From a bacterium (lineage in GTDB: Bacteria; Patescibacteriota; Minisyncoccia; UBA6257; JAGOQP01): DNA of 59,310 nucleotides. This document shows positions 1 through 7,595 of the stretch, in pieces. Both the position numbers and the translations under genes were made by a program. The stretch's first letter is position 1. Each line of letters begins with the position of its first letter. The notes under the pieces are model-generated. The model did not search any database. It was not told the DNA's origin and saw nothing but the letters and a program-made list of their open reading frames with translations. The stretch spans positions 1 to 59,310 of the forward strand of contig JAKANP010000004.1 in assembly GCA_021812345.1 (NCBI GenBank), given 5' to 3'.

Positions 1-1
1 T

Positions 2-124
2 ACTTTATTTTTTGAAAAAAATCATTCGGATGATAGTTATTCTATTTGGCGATTTGAGTTTACAAATCCAAACAACTACAACAGCATCAGATTAGTAAAA
101 TCTGGGAGATTTAAAATTAAATAA
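2..124 (+). CDS. C-terminal fragment of an unidentified CDS entering from the left window edge
   Basis: The frame is open from base 2 to TAA at 122-124 (...SIWRFEFTNPNNYNSIRLVKSGRFKIK*). It is followed by the shared hairpin terminator at 173-209. The ~40 visible residues carry no recognisable motif. Confidence 0.3.
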   Translation, partial: TLFFEKNHSDDSYSIWRFEFTNPNNYNSIRLVKSGRFKIK

Positions 125-172
125 TTAGATGCGTTAGTTTTTGATTTCTATTATTTTCGAATCATTTTAATT

Positions 173-209
173 AAAAAGCAGCGCGCCTTATAAAAGCGCG
201 CTGCTTTTT
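173..209. terminator. Bidirectional intrinsic terminator between convergent genes
   Basis: AAAAAGCAGCGCGC-loop-GCGCGCTGCTTTTT: a 9-bp GC stem flanked by an A-run and a T-run, so it reads as hairpin plus U-tract on both strands. It lies between the + strand stop at 124 and the - strand stop at 231. Confidence 0.8.
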
Positions 210-230
210 ATTGCATGGCCTATTTATTTT

Positions 231-1427
231 TTATAAACCGCGTCTGAGTACAGCGAGCTCTATTGAGTCATAGCAGGCACGCCACGTTGCCTTATCCTTC
301 CCAAGTTTATTTGGGTTCCTAAATTCTAGAGCTTGTTCTCCAACTCTGCTTGCAAGATCGTTTTTTAGTTCTTCGAAAAATTTTATCGGATCCGTTTTCC
401 ACGAGCACTTGTTAGTGGATAGATGGATGAGATTTCTAAAGCCAGACAGTATTGGATAGATAAAACCACTAGGAATTCGATATCTGGACTCCCCCTTAAT
501 AAATGGAAGCGAAGCCATTTCCATTCTACGATTGGTAACTTCTGTGACTCCGGTCAATTTTCCAAATTTACCGTTTTTATCTCCATGTCCATGGTTATAA
601 GCTTCTGGAAGATCCCGATAAATAACGTCGTGTAACTCAAGTATCATTGGTAAGAGAGGAATATATTTCATCATTCTATCCTTGTTTTTCTTGAAATGCT
701 CAACCACAGAGGCTCGAGTCGAATATGCTTTAATGGGATGATTATCACGATCAAATTCTTCGACATCAAAGCAAACTAGGTATGAAAGAATTTCTTTTAT
801 ATCGATATCTTTAGCACTTCCTTCATCGGATAATTCAAATTCTTTATATGCTATACGATCTGTATAAGGTTTCCCAGAAAGGACTTTTTTTATTGCTTCA
901 TAATGCCCTCTGAGCTCTTCTAAACTTTGTTCTTTAACTTGAGTAGAGGTGTTTCTTGACTCTACAATATCTACTACCATATCTGGATCCGTTATTCCTT
1001 CAAGAATTTCTAGCTTCACGTAAGCTTTTAAATCTACGAGTTCTTCCGGTGGTAAATTTTCTATAAATTCTCGGATTACGCGAAAAGTGTGGCCTCCATC
1101 TAGTAATCCGTTCCTAGATTTATCTGCCATCTCGATCTCAAGAATATTTTTCTGATTGTCAAATGATGTTTTTTCCGCGATCAAAGTAATCCCACGGTTT
1201 CTAAAGAAAAATGAATCAGGATCATTTTCGAGAGTGGCAAATATTTTTTTTGCAACGCCAGAAGTGGTTTTTGGATCACGAGGATTTAATGTTCGCCATT
1301 CCTCAAATTCTTCTGGAATATCCTTTGCATTAAGAACAGCAATATATGTTCTTGAACCAGATTCGTCGTATGGGCTGGCAATTTTTCTGAAAGAAACAAC
1401 TGGTAATTTAATTAGTTTTGTAATCAT
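231..1427 (-). CDS. AIPR-like (abortive infection phage resistance family) protein with a ParB/DGQHR-like motif
   Basis: 398-aa ORF. The N-terminal half carries ...FFFRNRGITLIAEK... then ...NGLLDGGHTF.... I recall this as the NNGITI ... NG.QT pattern of AIPR proteins (Pfam PF10592) and similar to DG.HR nuclease-fold motifs. Called by eye only. Confidence 0.55.
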   Translation of the reverse strand: MITKLIKLPVVSFRKIASPYDESGSRTYIAVLNAKDIPEEFEEWRTLNPRDPKTTSGVAKKIFATLENDPDSFFFRNRGITLIAEKTSFDNQKNILEIEMADKSRNGLLDGGHTFRVIREFIENLPPEELVDLKAYVKLEILEGITDPDMVVDIVESRNTSTQVKEQSLEELRGHYEAIKKVLSGKPYTDRIAYKEFELSDEGSAKDIDIKEILSYLVCFDVEEFDRDNHPIKAYSTRASVVEHFKKNKDRMMKYIPLLPMILELHDVIYRDLPEAYNHGHGDKNGKFGKLTGVTEVTNRRMEMASLPFIKGESRYRIPSGFIYPILSGFRNLIHLSTNKCSWKTDPIKFFEELKNDLASRVGEQALEFRNPNKLGKDKATWRACYDSIELAVLRRGL

Positions 1428-1463
1428 ATAATTTTTAGTTAATTGTTATTTTTACAACTTCTT

Positions 1464-1494
1464 CAAAACAAAAAACGTGCGTTCCTCGCACGTT
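1464..1494 (-). terminator. Intrinsic terminator (minus strand) 37 nt upstream of the AIPR-like start codon
   Basis: On the minus strand: AACGTGCG-AGGAA-CGCACGTT (8-bp stem) followed by TTTTTTGTTTTG. Confidence 0.7.
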
Positions 1495-1616
1495 CAGTTA
1501 TAAAGCTATAAAAATGTGTCGACCGCACATTAGCTTCCGCTAAACGTTTCTCGAGGTTTTCCTACGAGTATTACAGCATTTGAAGCTAGTAATAGTGGTA
1601 TGCGAGGCAGTACCAC
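1464..1616 (-). ncRNA. Candidate ~150-nt structured RNA (leader or sRNA) upstream of the AIPR-like gene; class unknown
   Basis: Bounded by the predicted promoter at 1623-1650 and the terminator at 1464-1494. Hairpins: GTGGTA/TACCAC (1595-1616); TAGCTTC/GAAGCTA (1531-1537 with 1582-1588) enclosing CTCGAGG/CCT(A)CGAG; and AATGTG/CACATT (1513-1531). It contains no ORF longer than 2 codons. Confidence 0.4.
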
Positions 1617-1622
1617 AAGATA

Positions 1623-1650
1623 ATTTTAATTCATTAATTATTTTTGTCAA
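1623..1650 (-). promoter_or_regulatory. Sigma-70-type promoter (minus strand)
   Basis: Minus-strand TTGACA (1650-1645), a 16-nt spacer, then TAAAAT (1628-1623). Confidence 0.5.
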
Positions 1651-1747
1651 ATCTAATTGTGCATAAAAACCAAATCGATCAAAGATCGTTGCAATTTTCT
1701 GAAATCGTGGGAGAATAATGGCGATAATTAATATTTTTTGAGTTATT

Positions 1748-2293
1748 ATGTCAGAGAATGAAGATAAAAATTTTAACAGGGATAAAGCGCAAGAAAGGAT
1801 AAATTTTATAGGCGGCGATTTTGGTGAATATTTCAGCCCAGAAGATATCAAGGGTTTTGAATCTGAGATTGAGCGTAGCAAAAAAATACTCAGCGGATAC
1901 GAGAAAATTAAGATGCACGCCGAATTAATGAATTGGGCAGTAAGAGAGAGATTTAAAACTTTGCCGACAGTAAGCGCGCTAGCTGCGACCCTACTAATAG
2001 TTGCTACTTTCAACGACAAATTAATCATTCTTGATAATTATGTAAGAGTGTTGCTCTCAGCCTTGCTTTTTTTAATTCCGGCAAGTTTATGGGGTTTATT
2101 TTATGAGGTTAACAAAGCGGAGGATGAAAGTTTTAAAAAAATTGTATCAATAACAGAGGAAAATTTTGGAAAAGAGGAGGCGGATAAAATGAGAAATAAA
2201 CGAAAGCCATCATTTCGTGGCTTTATGCCATTTATTGCAAATGCGCTATTCACTATTGCTGTATTCTTTATAGTTTATTTCATTTGGAGATGA
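1748..2293 (+). CDS. Hypothetical membrane protein (about 3 TM segments)
   Basis: 181-aa ORF with a ~70-aa charged N-terminus. Hydrophobic segments are TLPTVSALAATLLIVATF and VRVLLSALLFLIPASLWGLFY, then a charged linker and FMPFIANALFTIAVFFIVYFIW. A hairpin at 2299-2322 follows the stop. Confidence 0.6.
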   Translation: MSENEDKNFNRDKAQERINFIGGDFGEYFSPEDIKGFESEIERSKKILSGYEKIKMHAELMNWAVRERFKTLPTVSALAATLLIVATFNDKLIILDNYVRVLLSALLFLIPASLWGLFYEVNKAEDESFKKIVSITEENFGKEEADKMRNKRKPSFRGFMPFIANALFTIAVFFIVYFIWR

Positions 2294-2334
2294 AAAATAA
2301 AATCCGCCTTCGGCGGATTTGCTATAATAAACCT

Positions 2335-2640
2335 ATGTCCAAAGAAAGAATACAAAGGCAGGAGGGAGAAAAAATAGAAAAAATAAGAATACCCGACAAA
2401 GATATGCCCAGCTGGATTGAGGTCCTGCGCAACGGGGGACTAGATGATGAGCAGATAGACGAAATACTGGCTCACTTAAATAAAACTTATGCCAGACAAA
2501 AGGAAATGCTCAATTCCGACGTTGTTGAAGAGGAATTGCACAAACTGGAAAAGGATATGCTCGAAAATCACGGCAGGACCTTTACCAAAGAACAGAAGGA
2601 TTATTTAAAAAAAGGCATCGAAAGTCGCTTCAAAAAATAA
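2335..2640 (+). CDS. Hypothetical small charged protein (start moved to an internal ATG)
   Basis: The ORF-track start at 2284 lies inside the upstream terminator hairpin. TGcTATAAT (-10 hexamer at 2323-2328) sits 6 nt before the ATG at 2335 (MSKERIQRQEGEK...), suggesting a leaderless transcript. A terminator follows at 2640-2665. Confidence 0.6.
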   Translation: MSKERIQRQEGEKIEKIRIPDKDMPSWIEVLRNGGLDDEQIDEILAHLNKTYARQKEMLNSDVVEEELHKLEKDMLENHGRTFTKEQKDYLKKGIESRFKK

Positions 2641-2804
2641 TCTGCCTCAAGGCGGATTTTTGAGATTCCTCACTCCGTTCGGAATGACAGAAATGTTCGG
2701 TACGTTCGCACTGCTGTGCTCAGCGTCTCCTCGCCTTCGCTCGTCGGATTTTTGACATAGTTTTAAACCGGGTGTATAAACTAAGACAGTACAAGGGGGT
2801 ATAA

Positions 2805-3005
2805 ATGCATACGCCAGACAATATCACTTTGCATATTGTTATGGTTTATCGCAATAAGAAGGATCCAAGTAAGCACATGATGACTGCTCACACTCTCAGC
2901 GGAGAAAATTTGGGGAACAGAATGAATACGTTGATGCTTGAAGCTGACAGCTGGAGTAATAAGTGGGAACTGGTGAGTTTTTCTCATACGTGTATACCGA
3001 ATTAA
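2805..3005 (+). CDS. Small hypothetical protein, paralog of 4083-4343
   Basis: 66 aa. RBS AAGGGGGT lies 4 nt before the ATG, and a hairpin terminator follows at ~3024-3051. Shared blocks with the 86-aa ORF are ITLHIVMVY vs HICVHVIAIF, and C-terminal WELVSFSHT vs WRLVSVSHT. Confidence 0.6.
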   Translation: MHTPDNITLHIVMVYRNKKDPSKHMMTAHTLSGENLGNRMNTLMLEADSWSNKWELVSFSHTCIPN

Positions 3006-3119
3006 TACCGATAAATAAGTGCATCGTCCGGAATATTCCGGGCGATTTTTTGATATAATAAACCCATGAGCAATAAATATCATAGCGGAGTAGGGGTTAG
3101 GTACTTTAAATAAAAAATA

Positions 3120-3165
3120 TTCCACCACCAACATTCCAACATTCTTAAGAATGTTGGAATGTTGG
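3120..3165. repeat. Long palindromic repeat, copy 1
   Basis: TTCCACCACCAACATTCCAACATTCTTAAGAATGTTGGAATGTTGG. Bases 3128-3165 form a perfect 38-nt palindrome centred on CTTAAG. Confidence 0.9.
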
Positions 3166-3277
3166 TATAAACAAGTTATTGGCGCAATGGATTTATGAAA
3201 ACTGTCCGGCTAAATTCTGAATAAATTAACAGGCAAGGATAGTTTCTATAAATTATTATTTTATGTATTATTAGATA

Positions 3278-3940
3278 ATGGATAAAAAACAGGACAAAGG
3301 AATTGCAATCATATATATAGTTATTGCTATCGCTCTGGCAGGTGCAATCATCGGCGCCGGTTACGCAATTTATAGAATAAAATTTTCAAAAATCGATACT
3401 TACGCCGAAAGATTGAGCAATTTCATGGCGCAAATAAACCAGGAAATATCTAAAACACCAAGACCTCAACTGCCTTCAATTTATACAAGATATGACGTAT
3501 CTCCGAACAATCTTAGTGGCGGGGACTTTTTCAAGTCAGCCATCATACATAATGGAGATAAGACCCCTCTTTATCTGAAGTTTGATAATACTATTTTGGA
3601 AATAGACAACATTTCTGTTGCAACGACTAGCAAGAATACTTTCGGCGTTCAATTAGACGGGAAATTAAATGATGGAGAAACGAGATCTATGAGAATGCCT
3701 TGCATGAAAGATCCGGGACCAACGTCCTGTCATGGCGGTGGCGTCGCCGGAATTGTCGGGAGGCAGTGGGACGTCGAAATCAGTAGTAGTAATGGCTGTC
3801 AAAGATATAATCACATTTCGGAATACTTTTTGCCGCTTTCTGTGGATTTTGATTTCGCTACCGGGAAGTGGAATTACATAGAAATTGGACAATTATTGTT
3901 TAGCATGGATAAGAGCACCGGCTGTATTAAGGTTAACTAA
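3278..3940 (+). CDS. Hypothetical membrane-anchored (signal-anchor) extracytoplasmic protein
   Basis: 220 aa. The N-terminal TM is GIAIIYIVIAIALAGAIIGAGYAIY; the rest is soluble and contains several Cys. No family was recognised. Confidence 0.65.
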   Translation: MDKKQDKGIAIIYIVIAIALAGAIIGAGYAIYRIKFSKIDTYAERLSNFMAQINQEISKTPRPQLPSIYTRYDVSPNNLSGGDFFKSAIIHNGDKTPLYLKFDNTILEIDNISVATTSKNTFGVQLDGKLNDGETRSMRMPCMKDPGPTSCHGGGVAGIVGRQWDVEISSSNGCQRYNHISEYFLPLSVDFDFATGKWNYIEIGQLLFSMDKSTGCIKVN

Positions 3941-3980
3941 TATTAATTAGAATAAATGATAATCCGCCCAAGGCGGACAA

Positions 3981-4026
3981 TTCCACCACCAACATTCCAA
4001 CATTCTGCAGAATGTTGGAGTGTTGC
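3981..4026. repeat. Long palindromic repeat, copy 2
   Basis: TTCCACCACCAACATTCCAACATTCTGCAGAATGTTGGAGTGTTGC. It is the same element as 3120-3165 but the centre is CTGCAG instead of CTTAAG, so it is still self-complementary. There are two mismatches in the right arm. Confidence 0.9.
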
Positions 4027-4082
4027 TTTTGTTTTAAAGTTGAGGTATAAAATAGGGCAGAACCTGAACAAAAGGAGAGGAA

Positions 4083-4343
4083 ATGCCGAATTCGGATTCA
4101 AAAAAGGTGTCTTCGGCAAAACCGGGCGGACATATTTGTGTCCATGTCATTGCAATTTTTGAATGTGAAGAGCATAAGCATCTTTACAGATCATTCAATC
4201 GTAAAGTGTGGATGCACGAGGATAATAATTCGAGCTTGGAATTGGATGATTTTCTGCAGGCAGCTCACGAGATAATGAATAAGAATGAACTATCCAAGGC
4301 TACTTGGAGATTGGTGAGCGTTTCTCATACTCTGTGGTGCTAA
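4083..4343 (+). CDS. Small hypothetical protein, paralog of 2805-3005
   Basis: 86 aa with RBS AAGGAGAGG and a hairpin terminator TCCCGAC-TTT-GTCGGGA plus T-run after the stop. It shares sequence blocks with the 66-aa ORF (see that entry). Confidence 0.65.
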   Translation: MPNSDSKKVSSAKPGGHICVHVIAIFECEEHKHLYRSFNRKVWMHEDNNSSLELDDFLQAAHEIMNKNELSKATWRLVSVSHTLWC

Positions 4344-4426
4344 TCGTCTTGAGAGCAATATTATATTATCCCGACTTTGTCGGGATTTTTTGATTTACTT
4401 TATGAATTAGTGTTAGACTGTTTTAT

Positions 4427-5668
4427 ATGAATCTCAACTTTCGTAGGTTAGAAACCAAATCAAAAAGTCCGTTGTGGATTTTTCCCCAGCCGAATGCCAA
4501 CAGCGTTGCTTTGGGAGTTTTGATATTTGCCGGAACCAGAGACGAGAATTGGCCCAAAGAAGCCGGCATTGCTCACGCTTTGGAGCACATGCATTTTCAA
4601 GGAACCGAGAAGTTTCCTTCAAGCGCAAAAATTTCCGGATTTGTGGAAGAAGTGGGCGGAAGATTAAATGCCTGGACATGGAAAGAAATGACTTTTCATC
4701 ATGTCTATATGCCGGCAGAGCATGCCAGAAGGGGTGTTGAAATTTTAAGCCAGCAGATGCTAGCTTCTGTTTTTCCGGAAGAAAAAATAGGAATTGAGAT
4801 GAAGAATATTGTCCAAGAAATAAGAAGGAGAAACGATAATCCCGGAAATTATATTTATAAAATAAATAATGAACTTATATACGGAAAACATCCCTTGGGA
4901 AAAGACACTTTGGGGACAGAAGAATCCGTTGCTGCTTTTAAGAGGGATGATTTTATCAGCTTTAAAAATCGATATTATAATTCAAATAATATGGTTTTTG
5001 TTGTTGCCGGAAATATTGATGACAAATCCGCAGTCGATTTATTTGATGAATTCTTTTCGTTTGTTCCCGGAGAGAAAAATGAAAGAAAAGCGGAAGAATT
5101 GAATGATTTTTCGGCAAAATCGAGCGCAGATAAAAGAGAAATAGAACAAATCCATTTAATATTGAGCGCCATTGCCGGCTCTGCTGCATCTCAAGACGCG
5201 TCCAACCTGGAACTTTTTGGATATATGATTTCGGGGGGAATGTCATTCCCGTTATTTCAAGAAGTTAGGGACAAAAGAGGGTTGTGTTATGAAATTCACG
5301 GTGGGCTTAATAAATGGAGCGATTTTAGTAATTTTAATATCTATATTGGAACAGATCCAAAAAGATATAAAGAAGCCGTTGAAGCAACTCTGGAAGTTTT
5401 AGAGAAATCAAAATTGGATAAAGATTTATTAGAGAAGGCAAAAGCTTTGAGAATTGGACGATTAGCTCTTGATTTTGAGAATATGTCCAATGTTATACGC
5501 ATTGCGGCATCGGATATAACTTTTTTAGGTTCCCCACGAGGATATGAACAGATAAAATCGGAAATAGAAAAGATTACAATCGAAGATGTGGGTAGGGCGG
5601 TTGATAAATATCTTTTGGCGGATAAATTATCAAAAACTTTATTGGTTCCGGAAGATTTTAAGGAATAA
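4427..5668 (+). CDS. M16 family (pitrilysin/insulinase-like) zinc metallopeptidase
   Basis: Inverted zinc-binding motif HALEHMHFQGT (HxxEH) near the N-terminus. The 413-aa two-lobed length is typical of M16B peptidases. Confidence 0.85.
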   Translation: MNLNFRRLETKSKSPLWIFPQPNANSVALGVLIFAGTRDENWPKEAGIAHALEHMHFQGTEKFPSSAKISGFVEEVGGRLNAWTWKEMTFHHVYMPAEHARRGVEILSQQMLASVFPEEKIGIEMKNIVQEIRRRNDNPGNYIYKINNELIYGKHPLGKDTLGTEESVAAFKRDDFISFKNRYYNSNNMVFVVAGNIDDKSAVDLFDEFFSFVPGEKNERKAEELNDFSAKSSADKREIEQIHLILSAIAGSAASQDASNLELFGYMISGGMSFPLFQEVRDKRGLCYEIHGGLNKWSDFSNFNIYIGTDPKRYKEAVEATLEVLEKSKLDKDLLEKAKALRIGRLALDFENMSNVIRIAASDITFLGSPRGYEQIKSEIEKITIEDVGRAVDKYLLADKLSKTLLVPEDFKE

Positions 5669-5804
5669 TGATTTTGATTCGGGTGGACGATATTTAAAAG
5701 TTATTGATGGGGGGAAATTATTTGATTAAATATTTTTTTATATTATTATAAATCTGTTCGCAACTAAGCGAACAGATAGAACTCAAGAAGGGAGGTGGTG
5801 AAAA

Positions 5805-5828
5805 ATGAAGAAGACCATCATCCTGTGA
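5805..5828 (+). CDS. Possible 7-codon micro-ORF (MKKTIIL*) with a very strong Shine-Dalgarno
   Basis: GGGAGGTGGTGA lies 5 nt upstream of the ATG. The ORF is preceded by a 9-bp hairpin (5753-5777) and followed by a terminator (5845-5871). Coding status is unproven. Confidence 0.25.
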   Translation: MKKTIIL

Positions 5829-5844
5829 TTCGTTTCGGTTTAAT

Positions 5845-5871
5845 GGCGCCAACTAAGTTGGCGCTTTTTTT
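5845..5871 (+). terminator. Intrinsic terminator
   Basis: GGCGCCAAC-TAA-GTTGGCGC followed by TTTTTTT. Confidence 0.75.
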
Positions 5872-5907
5872 GTTGTTTTTTATGGCTTCAAATTGTAAAA
5901 TAAGCTT

Positions 5908-6759
5908 GTGATTGATAACTCTCAAAAAAATAATAAAAACTTAATTTTTATTTTGGCGATTATTGTCGTTATTGCTGTCGGTGTTGGGCTTTATTTTTGG
6001 TGGTCCCGCCAACAAACGCAAAATTCTCCATCTATTACAATCAATTCTCCATCAGCCGAAGACGTTTGGGCGATGGGGTCAACTCATACAATCTCTTGGA
6101 ATACTAAAAATATTCCGGCGGAAAATAAAATTTCAATAACCATAAGAAGAATTCCTCCTCCGCCCCTTCCAATCGACGGACAAGAATTTGATCCGATATT
6201 GTTTATTAATTTGCAAAATACCGGAAGTATCGATTGGACTATTCCCGTTTCTTATCCGTCCGGGAATTACATAATCGCCGTAAATAGTTATAAGTCCGTG
6301 CCGATAACAAATGTAATTGCTGTTGAAAGTTCTCCGTTTAAAATACAACCGCCGGCGCTGTCTCAAGATGTTTACCCGATTTATAATTCAGATTCAATAG
6401 AATGGAGCGCTCCCAATACCTATTCTTTGGAAACTCCAAGTGGCGGGATTTTTGGTTCGGCTATAAATGCAACCGTGGCCACAAGCACCATGAACCCGTC
6501 AAAATTTTTCTCGCCTTTTGACAAGTATTATAAAGACAAATTGACTGCGCTTGGGTGGAAGGTCGACAACTCTCTTTTGGCTAATGGACCAGCCAGCGGA
6601 CAGACCGTTTATCGCAAGGGAAGCGGTGTTGTTGCCATTAATTTTTTGACTATTTTTCACAATATTTCAAACACAAGACCGGAACAATGTCCTTGTGATG
6701 TCAATTTATCGATTTTTTCTTCCGCGCCTCAGTCGACTTCTTCTTTCCCGGGGCAGTAA
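5908..6759 (+). CDS. Hypothetical signal-anchored secreted protein (N-terminal Ig-like/Kre9-KNH-like segment possible)
   Basis: GTG start. TM LIFILAIIVVIAVGVGLYFWW is followed by SITINSPSAEDVWAMGSTHTISWNT..., which resembles small Ig-like Ser/Thr-rich domains. The family call is weak. Confidence 0.6.
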   Translation: MIDNSQKNNKNLIFILAIIVVIAVGVGLYFWWSRQQTQNSPSITINSPSAEDVWAMGSTHTISWNTKNIPAENKISITIRRIPPPPLPIDGQEFDPILFINLQNTGSIDWTIPVSYPSGNYIIAVNSYKSVPITNVIAVESSPFKIQPPALSQDVYPIYNSDSIEWSAPNTYSLETPSGGIFGSAINATVATSTMNPSKFFSPFDKYYKDKLTALGWKVDNSLLANGPASGQTVYRKGSGVVAINFLTIFHNISNTRPEQCPCDVNLSIFSSAPQSTSSFPGQ

Positions 6760-6887
6760 TAATTATGGATTTTTTGCTATAATTAATTATGGAAAGCACA
6801 GAATAACAAAAACAAAATCAATTCGTATATTTATATGCAAGATATTAAAATAATTAAAGGTCGGCAAATTATTATAAAAAATTTAAG

Positions 6888-7595
6888 ATGAATAAAAAAA
6901 TATTGGCAGGAATGGCAGCGGTTATGACAATATCCGCTTTATTTGCCGGTTTTATGGCAAATGCTCAGACTTCAACCAGCACTACTTCTACCGCGTCGGC
7001 TCCGTCGGTTTCGCAAAAATTTGTTTTGCAAATTGGACCCAAGGGTGAAGCTCTTTTAAGAGGAACAATCGCTTCCGTGGCTAGCGGAGTTTTGACGGTA
7101 AATAGTTGGGGAGGAGTTTGGACAGTCAATGTTCCATCATCGGCCGAAGTTGTTCCGGCTGCGGTTGGAAAAGACGTAACTAAGTTTGGCGTCGGAGATT
7201 TTGTCGGTGTTTCGGGAATTGCTTCGCAATCCGCGGCGTGGACAATCGATGCGAAAGTAGTCCGCGATTGGACTTATAAAAAAGAAGTTAGTCAAGAAAC
7301 AAAACAAAATATTGATAATGCTCGCCAGACAATAAAAAATGGAACTCCGAGAAATTTTGTCGGAGTGGCCAGCAATATCAGCACTTCATCGTTAACCTTA
7401 ACGGAGAACGGAACTGCTTATACAGTTAATACCGCTTCTAACGTGGAAATCGTCAACAGGAATTGGGTTAAAATCCAACTTTCCGGGATAAATAGCGGAG
7501 ATACCGTTCGTGTCTGGGGAGTTAATACCAGTGGGACTATTAGCGCTCAAATCATTCGTGATATAACGCTTCCTGTTTCCACAAAAACTCGATAA
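6888..7595 (+). CDS. Secreted protein with two DUF5666-like repeats
   Basis: Signal peptide MNKKILAGMAAVMTISALFAGFMANA. Repeated module GTIASVASGVLTVNSWGGVWTVNVPSSAEVV / VGVASNISTSSLTLTENGTAYTVNTASNVEIV. A terminator follows at ~7619-7652. Confidence 0.6.
   Translation: MNKKILAGMAAVMTISALFAGFMANAQTSTSTTSTASAPSVSQKFVLQIGPKGEALLRGTIASVASGVLTVNSWGGVWTVNVPSSAEVVPAAVGKDVTKFGVGDFVGVSGIASQSAAWTIDAKVVRDWTYKKEVSQETKQNIDNARQTIKNGTPRNFVGVASNISTSSLTLTENGTAYTVNTASNVEIVNRNWVKIQLSGINSGDTVRVWGVNTSGTISAQIIRDITLPVSTKTR

Noticed and set aside
1540-2028. 162-aa minus-strand ORF spanning the AIPR upstream region and overlapping the 1748-2293 gene
   Set aside because: The translation is Ser/Leu/Ile-rich and low in complexity. 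It overlaps a better + strand membrane-protein gene. The minus-strand promoter I can see (1623-1650) lies downstream of most of the ORF. The region is better explained as a non-coding structured RNA.
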